A DNA stretch of 64,000 nucleotides. Origin: an uncultured Actinomycetota bacterium (GTDB lineage: Bacteria; Actinomycetota; Actinomycetes; Mycobacteriales; Micromonosporaceae). The stretch is taken from the NCBI GenBank assembly GCA_963836775.1, contig CAWIKR010000002.1:663042-727041 (forward strand). Direction: 5' to 3'. How positions within the stretch are numbered: the first letter of the stretch is position 1; every line of letters begins with the position of its first letter. The notes beneath the pieces were generated by a model. The model had not been told where the DNA came from. It ran no database searches and saw only the letters and a program-made list of their open reading frames with translations. This document shows positions 18,492-29,394 of the stretch, in pieces. Both the position numbers and the translations under genes were made by a program.

Positions 18492-19595
18492 ATGCCTCGG
18501 GTGCGCCCCCTCTCCGGCACCCCCGCCACCGCAGTCACGATGCTGACCGTCGCCGCGTTGACGCTAGCCGTCGCCGCCTGCTCCGGTCCGGCCCGGACCG
18601 GACCCGGTGATCCCAGCCCGGCGGCCGGGCCGGCCAGCGCCCACCTGCCGGCCGAGAGTCTGGTGCCGAGTCGGTCCGGATCGCCGAGCGCGAGCCCGAG
18701 CAGCCGGCCGTCCACCAAGCCCGGCTCGTCCGGCTCGTGCGCGATCCTTCCGGCCGACAACGTCTGGCACGCCGATGTCTCGCGGCTGCCGGTGCACAGC
18801 AAGTCGTCGGCGTATGTCGCCAGCATCGGAAAGTCCGCCAACGTGCACGCCGATTTCGGATCCGGCACCTGGGACGGCGCACCGATCGGCATCCCGATCA
18901 CCACCGTCGGAGCTGGTCAAGCGAAGGTCAGCGTCACGTTCACCTACAAGTCGGAGAGCGACCGCGGCGGCTATCCGATCCCGGCCAACGCCGCCATCGA
19001 AGGCGGCCGGAGCAGTGACGGCGACCGCCACATCATCGTCATCGACACCGCAGCCTGCCGGGATTACGAGCTGTACGCGGCCTACCCGAAGGGCTCCGGC
19101 TGGACCGCCGGCTCGGGTGCGATCTACGACCTCAACGGCAATGGGCTGCGGCCGGCGGGCTGGACCTCGGCGGATGCGGCCGGGCTGCCGATCCTGCCGG
19201 GCCTGGTCACCTACAAGGAGGTCGCGTCGGGTCACATCGACCACGCGATTCGCGTCACGGTGCCACGCAGCCAGGCGAAGTATCTGTGGCCGGCCCGGCA
19301 CTTCGCGTCCGACTCGAACGACACGTCGCTGCCGCCCATGGGGCTGCGGCTGAGGCTGAAGGCCAGCTTCGATGTGTCGCACCTGCCATCTCAGGCTCGG
19401 GTGATCGCGACTGCCATGAAGAAGTACGGCGTGATCGTCGCCGACAACGGTTCGCCCTGGTACATCTCGGGAGCGCCGGATGCACACTGGAACAACGATC
19501 AGCTGCATGCGCTCGACAAGATCGTGGGCACGGACTTCGAGGCGATCGACGAATCCGGGCTGCAGCGATCCACGAGTTCTGGACAGGTGAAATGA
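18492..19595 (+). CDS. Secreted lipoprotein of unknown function
   Basis: Signal peptide with lipobox LAVAAC; long conserved-looking C-terminal domain; no catalytic motif recognised. Confidence 0.7.
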   Translation: MPRVRPLSGTPATAVTMLTVAALTLAVAACSGPARTGPGDPSPAAGPASAHLPAESLVPSRSGSPSASPSSRPSTKPGSSGSCAILPADNVWHADVSRLPVHSKSSAYVASIGKSANVHADFGSGTWDGAPIGIPITTVGAGQAKVSVTFTYKSESDRGGYPIPANAAIEGGRSSDGDRHIIVIDTAACRDYELYAAYPKGSGWTAGSGAIYDLNGNGLRPAGWTSADAAGLPILPGLVTYKEVASGHIDHAIRVTVPRSQAKYLWPARHFASDSNDTSLPPMGLRLRLKASFDVSHLPSQARVIATAMKKYGVIVADNGSPWYISGAPDAHWNNDQLHALDKIVGTDFEAIDESGLQRSTSSGQVK

Positions 19596-19981
19596 GGACC
19601 ACCGTCGTCGCTCTGATTGCCGGAACCGCACTCCTGCTCGGCGGCTGCGGCGGCAACGGATCCGACACGACCGCGACGGTGGAGCAAGGCACCACGGCGT
19701 TGTCCGCGATCAAGCTGCCGGCCGGTTGGACTCCGGGAGTCCAATCGAACGGCATGCAAGGCGGCCATCCGACCTGGGACTGGTCCTACACCACAACGGA
19801 ACCCAAGGCGCAGGCGGTGACCGACTACGAAAGAGCGCTCAAGGACGCGGGCTGGACCACCATCTCGGGCGGCGGCTTCACCAAGGACTCGTTCCTGCTG
19901 GTCCCGAGCGCGAACGACGCCGCGTGCGCGGACGGCAGCAACACCTGCTCCTCGGTGACGCTGCACATGGTCACCAAGTAG
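19592..19981 (+). CDS. Small lipoprotein of unknown function
   Basis: MRTTVVALIAGTALLLGGCGG lipobox; ATGA overlap with the upstream lipoprotein gene. Confidence 0.65.
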   Translation: MRTTVVALIAGTALLLGGCGGNGSDTTATVEQGTTALSAIKLPAGWTPGVQSNGMQGGHPTWDWSYTTTEPKAQAVTDYERALKDAGWTTISGGGFTKDSFLLVPSANDAACADGSNTCSSVTLHMVTK

Positions 19982-19987
19982 GCGCGG

Positions 19988-20713
19988 TCACCACCGGCCC
20001 AGGCGCACCGACAGCACGCAGAGACCCGCTGGGCCGGCGGTCGACGTACGCAGAACCGACTCACCCAGGCGCACCGGCACCGCGCCGGCCGCGGTGAGGG
20101 TCGCCAGCTCGTCGTCGGAGATCCCGCCCTCCGGGCCGACCACGAGCGTGATGTCACCGGAGTCCGGAAGCGGCACCGCGGTCAGCCCGGCGGTCGCCTC
20201 CTCGTGCAGGACGAACGTCGCCGCGGCCGCACGCCGGGCCAGCTCGACCGTCGACACCGCGCCCGGCGCCACCACCGGCAGCCACGGGCGGCGGGCCTGC
20301 TTGCCGGCCTCCCGGGCGGTCGCCACCCACTTGTCCCGAGCCTTGGTGCCGCGCTCGCCCTTCCAGATCGCCACCGAGCGGCTCGCCGCCCACGGCACGA
20401 TCTCGTCGACACCGACCTCGGTCATCGCCTGGACTGCCAGTTCGCCCCGGTCGCCCTTGGCGATGCCCTGGGCCACGGTCAGGCGTACGGCCGGAGGTTC
20501 CGCGTACCACCGCTGCTCGATGGCGAGATCGAGCGTGCTCGTGCCGACGGTCCGGACCACCGCGCGCGCCGTGCTGCCGGCTCCGTCGCCGATGAGCAGG
20601 CGCTCGCCGACCCGGATCCGCTGCACCGCGGCCGCGTGATGGCCCTCCGGCCCGTCCAGCGTCAGGCCGGATCCGGCCGGCAGCTCCGGGACCAGGAACA
20701 GCGGCAGGCTCAC
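19988..20713 (-). CDS. rsmE: 16S rRNA (uracil1498-N3)-methyltransferase RsmE
   Basis: LPLFLV..., [10 protein letters not shown] and [12 protein letters not shown] motifs; GTG at 20713 overlaps the dnaJ TGA (GTGA). Confidence 0.85.
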   Translation of the reverse strand: MSLPLFLVPELPAGSGLTLDGPEGHHAAAVQRIRVGERLLIGDGAGSTARAVVRTVGTSTLDLAIEQRWYAEPPAVRLTVAQGIAKGDRGELAVQAMTEVGVDEIVPWAASRSVAIWKGERGTKARDKWVATAREAGKQARRPWLPVVAPGAVSTVELARRAAAATFVLHEEATAGLTAVPLPDSGDITLVVGPEGGISDDELATLTAAGAVPVRLGESVLRTSTAGPAGLCVLSVRLGRW

Positions 20714-21829
20714 GCGTGCCCGTTGAAGGCGTCGCGCACCCGGGAGAAGAAGCCGCCCTGCTTGGACAGCTCGGCGATCTCCTCGCCCCGGGACTGAGCG
20801 AAGTCCCGCATCAGGCGCTCCTGATCGGCATCCAACTTGGTGGGGGTACGCACATCGAGGTGCACGAAGAGGTCGCCGCGACCGGTGCCGCGCAGGTGCG
20901 GGACGCCGCGGGCGCGCAGCCGCACCGTCGATCCCGGCTGGGTGCCCGGAGTTGACGTCGACGACTTCCTCGCTGTCCAGCGTCTTGATGGTCAGCCGGG
21001 TGCCGAGCGCGGCTGCGGCCATCGGCACTGTGACCCGGCAGTGCAGGTCATCGCCCTTGCGGGAGAACACGTCGTGCTGGCGCTCGTGGATCTCGACGTA
21101 GAGGTCACCGGCCGGTCCGCCACCCGGGCCGACCTCGCCCTGACCGGCGAGCCGGATCCGCATCTGGTCCTCGACGCCGGCCGGGATCTTCACCGTGATC
21201 GTCCGGCGGGTCCGGACCCGGCCGTCGCCGCCGCAGGTGCCGCACGGCGTGCGGATCACTGTGCCGAAGCCGCCGCAGGCCGAGCACGGCCGCGCGGTCA
21301 TCACCTGGCCCAGGAACGTGCGCTGAACACTCTGCACCTCGCCCCTGCCGTTGCAGATATCGCAGGTGATCGGGTGGGTGCCGGCCGCGGTCCCGGCGCC
21401 CTGACAGGTGTCGCAGAGCACCGCGGTGTCCACGGTGATCGGGGCTTCGACGCCGAACGCGGTCTCGTTCAGGTCCAGCGGCAGCGGGATGATCGCGTCG
21501 GCGCCGGCCCGGGTCCGCGAGCGCGGGCCACGCGTGGCGCCGCCGCCGAAGAACGCGTCCATGATGTCCTGGAAGCCGACGAATGAGCCACCGGCTCCGG
21601 CCGCGCCACCGTTGGAATACGGATCGCCGCCGAGGTCCACGATCTGCCGCTTCTGATCGTCGGAGAGCACCTCATAGGCGGTGCTGATCTCCTTGAACCT
21701 CTCGTGCGCCGCCGGGTCGCTGTTCACGTCCGGGTGATATTGGCGGGCGAGCTTGCGGTAGGCCTTCTTGATTTCGTCGGTCGAAGCATCGCGAGCGACG
21801 CCCAGCGTTGCGTAGTAGTCCTTCGCCAC
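20710..21829 (-). pseudogene. dnaJ: Chaperone DnaJ (hrcA-dnaJ operon), interrupted by an apparent 1-nt insertion near 20944-20947
   Basis: J domain (HPD), G/F region and four CxxCxG motifs are in the 21829 frame up to EEVVDVNSG. The C-terminus [31 protein letters not shown]... continues in the frame of ORF 20710..20925. Confidence 0.85.
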
Positions 21830-21850
21830 GTTCGTTCGTGTCCGTTCCCG

Positions 21851-22879
21851 TTAGTTCTGTTCGAGCAGGTCGCCGACGTATCGAGCCACCGCGCTGACCG
21901 CGGCGATGGTCGCGGGGTAATCCATCCGGGTCGGGCCGAGCACGCCCATCCCGCCGACAATAGTTGCGCCTGGTCCATAGCCGATGGAGACCACGGACGT
22001 GGCGCGCAGGTGTTCGATCTCGTTCTCGTCGCCGATCCGGACCCGGATCGGCTCCGACTCGGCGGTCCCGATCAGCCGGAGCAGCACCACTTCCTCCTCC
22101 AGCGCTTCCAGCACCGGCCGAATCGAGCCGTGGAAGTCCAGCACGCCGGCCCGGGTCAGGTTGGCGGTGCCGGCCAGCGCCAGGCGCTCGTCGGACCGCT
22201 CGATCAGCGTCTCCAGCAGCACCGCCGCCACCGCCGCCATGCTCCGGCGCAGCTCCGGCTCGATGTCCTCGACGATGCCCGCGACCAGCGGCGGCGTGTC
22301 CGACAGGCGCTTGCCGTCGAGCTTCTCGTTGATGATCGAGCGAAGCTTGCCGACCTCGGCCTCGGTGACGTTCTCCGGCAGCTCGATGATCCGCTGCTCG
22401 ACCCGGCCGGTGTCGGTGATCATGACCAGCATCATCCGGCTCGAAGTGATCCCGACCAGCTCCAGGTGCCGCACCGCGGACCTGCTCAGGCTGGGGTATT
22501 GCACCACTGCCACCTGGCCGGTGATCTGGGCCAGCAGTCGCACCGTGCGGTGCACCACGTCATCCAGGTCGACGACACCGATCATGAAGCGTTCGATGGC
22601 GCGGCGCTCGGCCGGCGACAGCGGCTTGAGCCGGGACAACTTGTCCACGAACAGGCGATAGCCGCGGTCGGTCGGCACCCGCCCGGCGCTCGTGTGCGGC
22701 TGGCGCAGGTAGCCCTCTTCCTCCAGCACCGCCATGTCGTTGCGGACCGTGGCCGCCGACACCCGCAGTTGATGGCGCTCCACGAGAGCCCGGCTGCCAA
22801 CCGGCTCCTGGGTGGCGACATAGTCCTCGACGATCGCGCGGAGCACGTCGAGCTTGCGTTCGTCGAGGGACATCCGCAC
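21851..22879 (-). CDS. hrcA: Heat-inducible transcription repressor HrcA
   Basis: [26 protein letters not shown]-terminus; full-length 342 aa; upstream of dnaJ. Confidence 0.95.
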   Translation of the reverse strand: MRMSLDERKLDVLRAIVEDYVATQEPVGSRALVERHQLRVSAATVRNDMAVLEEEGYLRQPHTSAGRVPTDRGYRLFVDKLSRLKPLSPAERRAIERFMIGVVDLDDVVHRTVRLLAQITGQVAVVQYPSLSRSAVRHLELVGITSSRMMLVMITDTGRVEQRIIELPENVTEAEVGKLRSIINEKLDGKRLSDTPPLVAGIVEDIEPELRRSMAAVAAVLLETLIERSDERLALAGTANLTRAGVLDFHGSIRPVLEALEEEVVLLRLIGTAESEPIRVRIGDENEIEHLRATSVVSIGYGPGATIVGGMGVLGPTRMDYPATIAAVSAVARYVGDLLEQN

Positions 22880-23035
22880 TCCTTACGGTCTTCGTCGTCG
22901 GTCGTCGGCATCGTCGGCGACCGCCGTCCGCCATGATCGGCGGGCAGGTCCGGGGGGACCACGCGGCTCCGGATGGCCGACCGAGCGGGGGAACGCGTCG
23001 GCGGCGCAGGCGGAACCGGGACGGTAGCCGGTGAA

Positions 23036-23062
23036 TTAGCAGTCCAGAGTAGCGAGTGCCAG
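23036..23062 (-). promoter_or_regulatory. CIRCE operator (HrcA binding site)
   Basis: TTAGCAGTC-N9-GAGTGCCAG versus consensus TTAGCACTC-N9-GAGTGCTAA; about 157 nt upstream of the hrcA start. Confidence 0.75.
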
Positions 23063-23197
23063 TCTACGTCCGCCAGAACCACATCGCGATGATCAAAATC
23101 ACGGCATTAGCGGCGGTTCATGCCCGTTTCGGTAGATGTTCGTCTGTCCTGAACAAGTCACATTTCACTCTGGCGCACATAGATCATTAGCTCTACC

Positions 23198-23722
23198 GTG
23201 ACGCACATGACCGAACCCGGCTACCAGGGCGCCGAAAACCCCCAGTCAAGCGCCCCTCAGGCACCAGGTGGTGTGCCTGGACAGTACGTACCGCCGGCGG
23301 GTGCTCCCGTCCCGCCCGGTCCGGTGGCTCCACCCCCCGGTTACCCCACCGCCGATGACAAGCAGTGGGCCCTGATCGCGCACTTCGGCGGCGCAGCTGG
23401 CGCGCTCTTCTGCGGCATCCTCGCGTTCGTGATGCCCCTGGTGGCATACATCGTGAAGAAGGACTCGCCAGTGGCCCGTCAGCACGCAGCTGCCGCCCTG
23501 AACTTCCAGGTCCTGATCAGCGGCGCCGGCCTGGTCTGCATCATCATCACCGCCGCTGCCGGCTATTCATTCTCGATGACCGGCGCCGCGCTGGCCTTGC
23601 TGTTCCTCCTGATCCGCCTCGCGATCATGGCGGTCGGGATCATCTTCGGTGTGATCGGCGGCATGCGCGCCAACGAGGGCCAGCTGTACAAGTACCCCAT
23701 CAACCTGAACATCTTCAAGTAA
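23198..23722 (+). CDS. DUF4870-like small membrane protein with Pro/Gly-rich N-terminus
   Basis: DDKQWALIAHFGGAAG... followed by TM segments; GTG at 23198 or ATG at 23207. Confidence 0.65.
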   Translation: MTHMTEPGYQGAENPQSSAPQAPGGVPGQYVPPAGAPVPPGPVAPPPGYPTADDKQWALIAHFGGAAGALFCGILAFVMPLVAYIVKKDSPVARQHAAAALNFQVLISGAGLVCIIITAAAGYSFSMTGAALALLFLLIRLAIMAVGIIFGVIGGMRANEGQLYKYPINLNIFK

Positions 23723-23921
23723 TCGACGAGCGACGCACGCGCCCGCGCCCGCCCTCGGCGGTGCCGGGCGCGCTGTCGTTTCCGACATAGTCCCGTGCGG
23801 GCGCCGGGTCGGCGCACGGCCGCCCGGCCGCGGGGCCGTCGACGGGTCGGCTCTAAGCGGTCGGCGGGTCGGCGCTGGGCGTCCCGATGCGGGTGCCGGG
23901 TCGGTTCGCCGCCACACCGCG

Positions 23922-25136
23922 CTAGGGCAGGATGTCGCGCACCACGGCGTCGGCGAGCAGACGGCCATCCAAGGTCAACGCCGCCGACCCGGCCAGGAAT
24001 GCCCGCTCATCCAGCAGACCGCGCTTCAGCGCCCGGGCCGCGCCGGCCTTCTCCGCTGGGCTCCACCCAGGCATCGGCACGCCGTCGGCCAGGCGCAGCC
24101 GCAACATCACGTCCTCGACGTGTCGATCATCGTCGGAGAGGAGCTCCCGGCCGGCGCCCGGAGACTCCCCCGCGGCCAGCCGGTTCGCGTACGCGGTCGG
24201 GTGCTTGACGTTCCACCACCGCACCCCACCGACGTGGCTGTGCGCGCCCGGCCCGAAGCCCCACCAATCGCCGCCGGTCCAGTAGAGGAGGTTGTGCCGG
24301 CATCGAGCGGCTTCGGTGCGGGCCCAGTTGGACACCTCGTACCAGCCGAATCCGGCGGCGGTCAGCCGGGCCTCGGCGGCCAGGTATCGGTCCGCCGCCA
24401 CGTCGTCATCCGGATACGGCAGCTCGCCCCGGCGCATCCGAGCCGCCATCCGGGTGCCGTCCTCGACGATCAGCGCATAGGCGCTCACATGATCGACACC
24501 GGCGGCCACGGCGGCCTCCAGCGAGGCCGCGAAATCCTCCGCGGTCTCCCCCGGCGTGCCATAGATCAGATCCAAGTTGACGTGCTCAAACCCGGCTTCG
24601 CGTGCCTCCCGGGCCGCCCGAGCGGCACGTCCCGCTGTGTGCTGGCGATCAAGCACGGCGAGTACGCGTGCTGACGCCGACTGCATGCCGAGCGAGATCC
24701 GGGTGAACCCGCCGGCCTTGAGCTCGCCCAGATAGGCCGGGTCCACCGACTCCGGGTTGGCTTCGGTGGTGATCTCGGCGCCGGCGGCCAGACCCCAGGC
24801 CGAGTCGATCGCGTCCAGGATCCGGTTCAGGTCGGCGGCCGGCAGCAGGGTCGGCGTACCGCCGCCGAAGAACACTGTCTCGACCTGCGGCGGTGGATTG
24901 TCGCGAAGCACCCGGCCGGCCAGCCCGATCTCGGCGACCAGCGCGTCCACGTAGCCGTCCCGGCTGGCCCCCTCGCCGGGCGCGTAGGTGTTGAAGTCGC
25001 AATATCCGCACCGCGACGCACAGAACGGGACGTGCACGTAGACGCCGAAGTCGTGCTGTCCGACCTGGGCCCGGGCCGGCTCCGGCACCTCGCCGGTGAC
25101 CGGCACCGGCTCGCCGTCGGGCAGTTGACTTGCCAT
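23922..25136 (-). CDS. hemW: Radical SAM heme chaperone HemW (HemN-like, oxygen-independent coproporphyrinogen oxidase family)
   Basis: YVHVPFCASRCGYCDF CxxxCxxC motif; ATG at 25136 inside ORF 23922..25334. Confidence 0.9.
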   Translation of the reverse strand: MASQLPDGEPVPVTGEVPEPARAQVGQHDFGVYVHVPFCASRCGYCDFNTYAPGEGASRDGYVDALVAEIGLAGRVLRDNPPPQVETVFFGGGTPTLLPAADLNRILDAIDSAWGLAAGAEITTEANPESVDPAYLGELKAGGFTRISLGMQSASARVLAVLDRQHTAGRAARAAREAREAGFEHVNLDLIYGTPGETAEDFAASLEAAVAAGVDHVSAYALIVEDGTRMAARMRRGELPYPDDDVAADRYLAAEARLTAAGFGWYEVSNWARTEAARCRHNLLYWTGGDWWGFGPGAHSHVGGVRWWNVKHPTAYANRLAAGESPGAGRELLSDDDRHVEDVMLRLRLADGVPMPGWSPAEKAGAARALKRGLLDERAFLAGSAALTLDGRLLADAVVRDILP

Positions 25137-25154
25137 GGCGTCTAGTCTGCCCGC

Positions 25155-25943
25155 ATGGCCGAACCCACACCCGATCAGGTTGTCCGCGCCACGGTCAGCG
25201 CCGGTGTCGCGACCATCACGCTGGACAGCCCGAGCAATCGCAACGCGCTGTCCTCGGCGCTGATCGCCCAGCTCCTGCAGGCGCTCGCGGCGGCTCGGGA
25301 GGACGATTCCGTACGCGCGATCGTGCTGAGCCACACCGGCCCGGTGTTCTGCTCCGGAGCCGACCTGAAGGAGACGGCCGCCGCGGCCGCTACCGGCCAG
25401 ATCCCGGTCGGACGGCTGGGTGCGGTGCTGGAGGCGATCTGGGACTCGCCGAAGCCGGTGCTGGCCCGGGTCGCCGGCCCGGCCCGAGCCGGTGGACTCG
25501 GCTTGATCGCCGCCGCCGACCTGGCGGTCTGCACCACCGAGGCGACGTTCGCATTCAGCGAGGTGCGGATCGGCGTGATCCCCGCGGTCATCTCGGCGAC
25601 AGTGCTACGCCGGCTCGCACCCCGGGCCGCCGCCGAGCTCTACCTGACCGGCGACGTGTTCGACGGCGTACGCGCGGCCGAAATCGGTCTGGTGACCCGC
25701 GCGGTGCCGGCCGACCGGCTGGACGAAACGGTCGCCGCCTTGGCATCGTCACTCGTGCTCGGCGCTCCGAAGGCTCTGGCCGGCGCGAAGGACCTGCTGC
25801 GCCGTCCGGTCGGCGTGACGCTCGGTGGGGAGCTGGAGCAGCTGACCGCTCTGTCCGTCGAGTTCTTCGGCTCGGCCGAGGGTCGCGAGGGCATTGCCGC
25901 ATTCCGGGAAAAGCGCCCGGCCGCTTGGGTGCCCCAGTCATAG
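25155..25943 (+). CDS. Enoyl-CoA hydratase/isomerase (crotonase) family protein
   Basis: ITLDSPSNRNAL, FCSGADL and GGGLGLIAAADL crotonase signatures. Confidence 0.85.
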   Translation: MAEPTPDQVVRATVSAGVATITLDSPSNRNALSSALIAQLLQALAAAREDDSVRAIVLSHTGPVFCSGADLKETAAAAATGQIPVGRLGAVLEAIWDSPKPVLARVAGPARAGGLGLIAAADLAVCTTEATFAFSEVRIGVIPAVISATVLRRLAPRAAAELYLTGDVFDGVRAAEIGLVTRAVPADRLDETVAALASSLVLGAPKALAGAKDLLRRPVGVTLGGELEQLTALSVEFFGSAEGREGIAAFREKRPAAWVPQS

Positions 25944-26017
25944 AGTCTGGTTACGGCGAGCGCCACTCGGTTACGCTTTCGGCCACCAGAGTGCTTGCTG
26001 ACTGCGGAGAGTGATCA

Positions 26018-26887
26018 TTGCGCGGCCGGTCCATCGTCATCGTGATATCGGTGGTCGCCCTGCTCGCGCTGCTCGGAATCGTCATCGGACGACAGCTTTC
26101 CGGCTCCGGCATCAAACTCCCCGGCATCAAATCCGAGGAGTGCACCGCCACTGCTGACGGTGTGGCGACGCTGGACCTGGACCAGATGGCCAACGCCGCC
26201 ACCATTGCCGCGGTCGGCATCCGGCGCAACGTGCCGCCCCGGGCCATCACGGTGGCGCTGGCCACCGCGCTCCAGGAGTCGAAGCTGCACAACCTGTCCG
26301 GTGGCGACCGGGACTCGGTCGGCCTGTTCCAGCAGCGACCGTCCCAGGGCTGGGGCACGGCGACCCAGATCTCCGATCCGCGATATTCCGCCCGCCGGTT
26401 CTACTCGGCTCTGCTGAAGGTCGACGGCTGGCAGTCGATGAGCATCACCAACGCCGCGCAGGCGGTGCAGCGCAGCGCGCTTCCGGATGCGTACCAGCAA
26501 TGGGCCGGCCAATCCGCGGTGATTGCCCGAGCTCTGCTCGGCGATGTCTCGCACGCCGTGGCGTGCGAGGTCGGCGACTCGCCGCAGACCCGCGGCACCA
26601 AGGCGGTGACCGCGTTGCAGAGCCTGCTCCGTGGCGATTGGGGCAGCGTGCTCCGGGTGGCGTCGATCAGCGACCCGAACGCGGTGGCACTGGTCGCGAG
26701 CGATGATCGGGCCGGCTGGCAATACGCCCACTGGCTGGTCGCGCACGCTCAGGACACCGGGGTGATGCGGGTCCGATTCGGCACACAGCAATGGACCGCC
26801 AAGTCCGGCACCTGGGGCCGAGCCGGCGATCCCGAGTCGCCGGCACCGGGTGAGACGGTCATCGCCGAGGTCTACGGCATCACCTGA
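26018..26887 (+). CDS. Membrane-anchored hypothetical protein
   Basis: N-terminal TM IVIVISVVALLALLGIVIG; conserved-looking block ESKLHNLSGGDRDSVGLFQQRPSQGWG; TTG start after GGAGAG. Confidence 0.6.
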   Translation: MRGRSIVIVISVVALLALLGIVIGRQLSGSGIKLPGIKSEECTATADGVATLDLDQMANAATIAAVGIRRNVPPRAITVALATALQESKLHNLSGGDRDSVGLFQQRPSQGWGTATQISDPRYSARRFYSALLKVDGWQSMSITNAAQAVQRSALPDAYQQWAGQSAVIARALLGDVSHAVACEVGDSPQTRGTKAVTALQSLLRGDWGSVLRVASISDPNAVALVASDDRAGWQYAHWLVAHAQDTGVMRVRFGTQQWTAKSGTWGRAGDPESPAPGETVIAEVYGIT

Positions 26888-26958
26888 TCTGACAATCGTG
26901 GAGCCGTCGGCGCGGCGCTGCCGCACCGCCTGCTGCTCGCGCTGCTGGCTGTCAGCCG

Positions 26959-28845
26959 CTACTTCTTGGCGGTCTTGCCACCCTCGATGGGACCATCCGA
27001 GGTGGACAGTGCGGCGATGAACGCCTCCTGCGGCACCTCGACCCGGCCCACCATCTTCATCCGCTTCTTGCCTTCCTTCTGCTTCTCGAGCAGCTTGCGC
27101 TTACGGGTGATGTCACCGCCATAGCACTTGGCAAGCACGTCCTTGCGGATGGCGCGGATGGTCTCGCGCGCGATGATGCGACTGCCGATCGCGGCCTGGA
27201 TCGGCACCTCGAACTGCTGCCGCGGGATCAGCTTCTGCAGCTTCGAGGCGATCGAAACCCCATAGTTGTACGCCTTGTCCTTGTGCACGATGGCGGAGAA
27301 CGCGTCCACCGGCTCACCGTGCAGCAGGATGTCCACCTTGACCAGGTCGGAGAGCTGCTCGCCGCTGGGCTCGTAGTCCAGTGACGCGTACCCCTTGGTG
27401 CGGCTCTTGAGCTGGTCGAAGAAGTCGAAGATGATCTCTGCGAGCGGAAGTGTGTAGCGCAGTTCGACGCGGTCGGCGGACAGGTAATCCATGCCCAGCA
27501 ACGTGCCGCGGCGGCCCTGACACAACTCCATCACCGCGCCGACGTAGTCGTTCGGTGTGAGCACGGTTGCGCGTACGACCGGCTCGTAGACCTCGGCAAC
27601 CTTGCCGGTCGGGTATTCGCTCGGGTTGGTCACCGTGATCTCGCTCGCGTCGTCCATCTGCACGCGGTAGACGACGTTGGGCGCAGTGGAGATCAGATCG
27701 AGGTTGAACTCGCGTTCCAGTCGCTCCCCGATGATCTCCAGGTGCAGCAGGCCGAGGAAGCCACAGCGGAAGCCGAAGCCCAGCGCCGCCGACGTTTCCG
27801 GCTCGTAGTTGAGCGCGGCATCGTTCAGTTTGAGCTTGTCCAGCGCGTCGCGGAGGTTCGGATAGTCGGAGCCGTCGATCGGATACAGCCCCGAGTAGAC
27901 CATCGGCTTCGGGTCCTTGTAGCCACCGAGCGCGGTCGCGGCCGGTCGCTGATTGATCGTGACGGTGTCACCGACGCGGGATTGGCGGACGTCCTTCACG
28001 CCGGTCATCAGGTAACCCACCTCGCCGACGCCGAGGCCGGTGCCCTTGATCGGCTCCGGTGAGATGACACCGATCTCGAGCAATTCGTGGACGGCGCCGG
28101 TGGACATCATCTTGATCCGGTCGCGCGCCGCGATCTTGCCGTCGATCACCCGGACATAGGTGACCACGCCGCGGTACACGTCGTACACGGAGTCGAAGAT
28201 CATCGCGCGGGCCGGTGCGTCGGCATCGCCAACCGGAGCCGGCAACTGCCGAACGATCTCGTCCAGCAGGTGGTCCACGCCGACACCGGTCTTGCCGGAG
28301 ACCCGGAGGCAGTCATCCGGGTCGCAGCCGATCAGGTGAGCCAGTTCTTCGGCGTACTTCTCCGGCTGGGCCGCCGGCAGATCGATCTTGTTGAGCACCG
28401 GGATGATCGCGAGGTCGTTCTCCATGGCCAGGTAGAGATTGGCCAGAGTCTGCGCTTCGATGCCCTGGGCCGCGTCCACCAGCAGCACGGCGCCTTCGCA
28501 GGCAGCCAGGCTTCGGCTCACCTCGTAGGTGAAGTCGACGTGGCCCGGGGTGTCGATCATGTTCAGAACCGCCGGATGCCCCGTCATCTCGCCGTTGCGT
28601 ACGGTCCATGGCAGCCGGACCGCCTGGCTCTTGATGGTGATGCCGCGCTCGCGCTCGATGTCCATCCGGTCCAGGTATTGCGCACGCATCAGGCGCGGGT
28701 CGACCACGTTGGTGATCTGGAGCATCCGGTCCGCAAGGGTGGACTTGCCATGATCGATGTGCGCGATGATGCAGAAGTTGCGAATGAGCGCAGGATCAGT
28801 GGCGCCCGGGCTTGTGCGGGGCGTGGTCTCGGGAGTGGCGGACAC
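26959..28845 (-). CDS. lepA: Translation elongation factor 4 (LepA)
   Basis: [29 protein letters not shown]-motifs; 628 aa. Confidence 0.97.
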   Translation of the reverse strand: MSATPETTPRTSPGATDPALIRNFCIIAHIDHGKSTLADRMLQITNVVDPRLMRAQYLDRMDIERERGITIKSQAVRLPWTVRNGEMTGHPAVLNMIDTPGHVDFTYEVSRSLAACEGAVLLVDAAQGIEAQTLANLYLAMENDLAIIPVLNKIDLPAAQPEKYAEELAHLIGCDPDDCLRVSGKTGVGVDHLLDEIVRQLPAPVGDADAPARAMIFDSVYDVYRGVVTYVRVIDGKIAARDRIKMMSTGAVHELLEIGVISPEPIKGTGLGVGEVGYLMTGVKDVRQSRVGDTVTINQRPAATALGGYKDPKPMVYSGLYPIDGSDYPNLRDALDKLKLNDAALNYEPETSAALGFGFRCGFLGLLHLEIIGERLEREFNLDLISTAPNVVYRVQMDDASEITVTNPSEYPTGKVAEVYEPVVRATVLTPNDYVGAVMELCQGRRGTLLGMDYLSADRVELRYTLPLAEIIFDFFDQLKSRTKGYASLDYEPSGEQLSDLVKVDILLHGEPVDAFSAIVHKDKAYNYGVSIASKLQKLIPRQQFEVPIQAAIGSRIIARETIRAIRKDVLAKCYGGDITRKRKLLEKQKEGKKRMKMVGRVEVPQEAFIAALSTSDGPIEGGKTAKK

Positions 28846-28965
28846 GTAGCGTCTCTATCCGTTCTGCATCAGGCGGGGCTTCGGGTGCTCGTGCTGGTGC
28901 TCTAATGGTCCCATGCCCCGGGCCGGTGACGGCGGGCACATCGGCGCTCTCGCCTACTGCCGGTT

Positions 28966-28995
28966 TTGGCTGCCCGTCGGGCTACCTGGTAGTCT
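28966..28995 (+). promoter_or_regulatory. Candidate sigma-A type promoter for rpsT
   Basis: TTGGCT - 18 nt - TAGTCT, about 85 nt upstream of the rpsT GTG; sequence-only guess. Confidence 0.3.
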
Positions 28996-29079
28996 GTCTC
29001 TTCGGCGCCGACGACGCCTCAAGCTGTCGTGCTCGCCAAACTGTAATCCGTACCGAACCTACTAGGACGAGGCTGTCGC

Positions 29080-29346
29080 GTGGCGAACATCAAGTCCCAG
29101 ATCAAGCGCAACAAGCAGAACGAGAAGGCCCGCCTGCGCAACAAGGCGGTCAAGTCGTCGCTGAAGACCGCGATCCGCAAGTACCACACCGCGGTCGAGG
29201 CTGGCGACGCCGAGACTGCGGGTGTGCTTCTGCGTGACGCGTCGCGCAAGCTGGACAAGGCCGTTAGCAAGGGCGTTATTCACGCCAATCAGGCTGCGAA
29301 CCGCAAGTCGGCGATCGCTAAGAAGCACGCCGCGCTGAGCGCTTGA
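29080..29346 (+). CDS. rpsT: 30S ribosomal protein S20
   Basis: [29 protein letters not shown]; GTG start. Confidence 0.97.
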   Translation: MANIKSQIKRNKQNEKARLRNKAVKSSLKTAIRKYHTAVEAGDAETAGVLLRDASRKLDKAVSKGVIHANQAANRKSAIAKKHAALSA

Positions 29347-29358
29347 TTTAACGCATCC

Positions 29359-29394
29359 AAAAGGCGGTTGAGCCATCCGGCTCGACCGCCTTTT
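29359..29394 (+). terminator. Rho-independent terminator of rpsT
   Basis: AAAAGGCGGTTGAGCC-ATCC-GGCTCGACCGCCTTTT, 12 nt after the stop. Confidence 0.85.

Noticed and set aside
19988-21829. 613-aa ORF that looks like a DnaJ-RsmE fusion protein
   Set aside because: The middle about 80 residues are out-of-frame DnaJ C-terminal sequence. The genuine C-terminus is in ORF 20710..20925, and rsmE has its own GTG start overlapping the dnaJ stop. It is an artefact of a 1-nt indel, not a fusion.
23723-23921. Four spaced CGGGTCGG(C/T) motifs in the DUF4870 / hemW convergent spacer
   Set aside because: The motif is short and GC-rich, the spacing is irregular, and there is no inverted-repeat structure. 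It is compatible with chance in this base composition.
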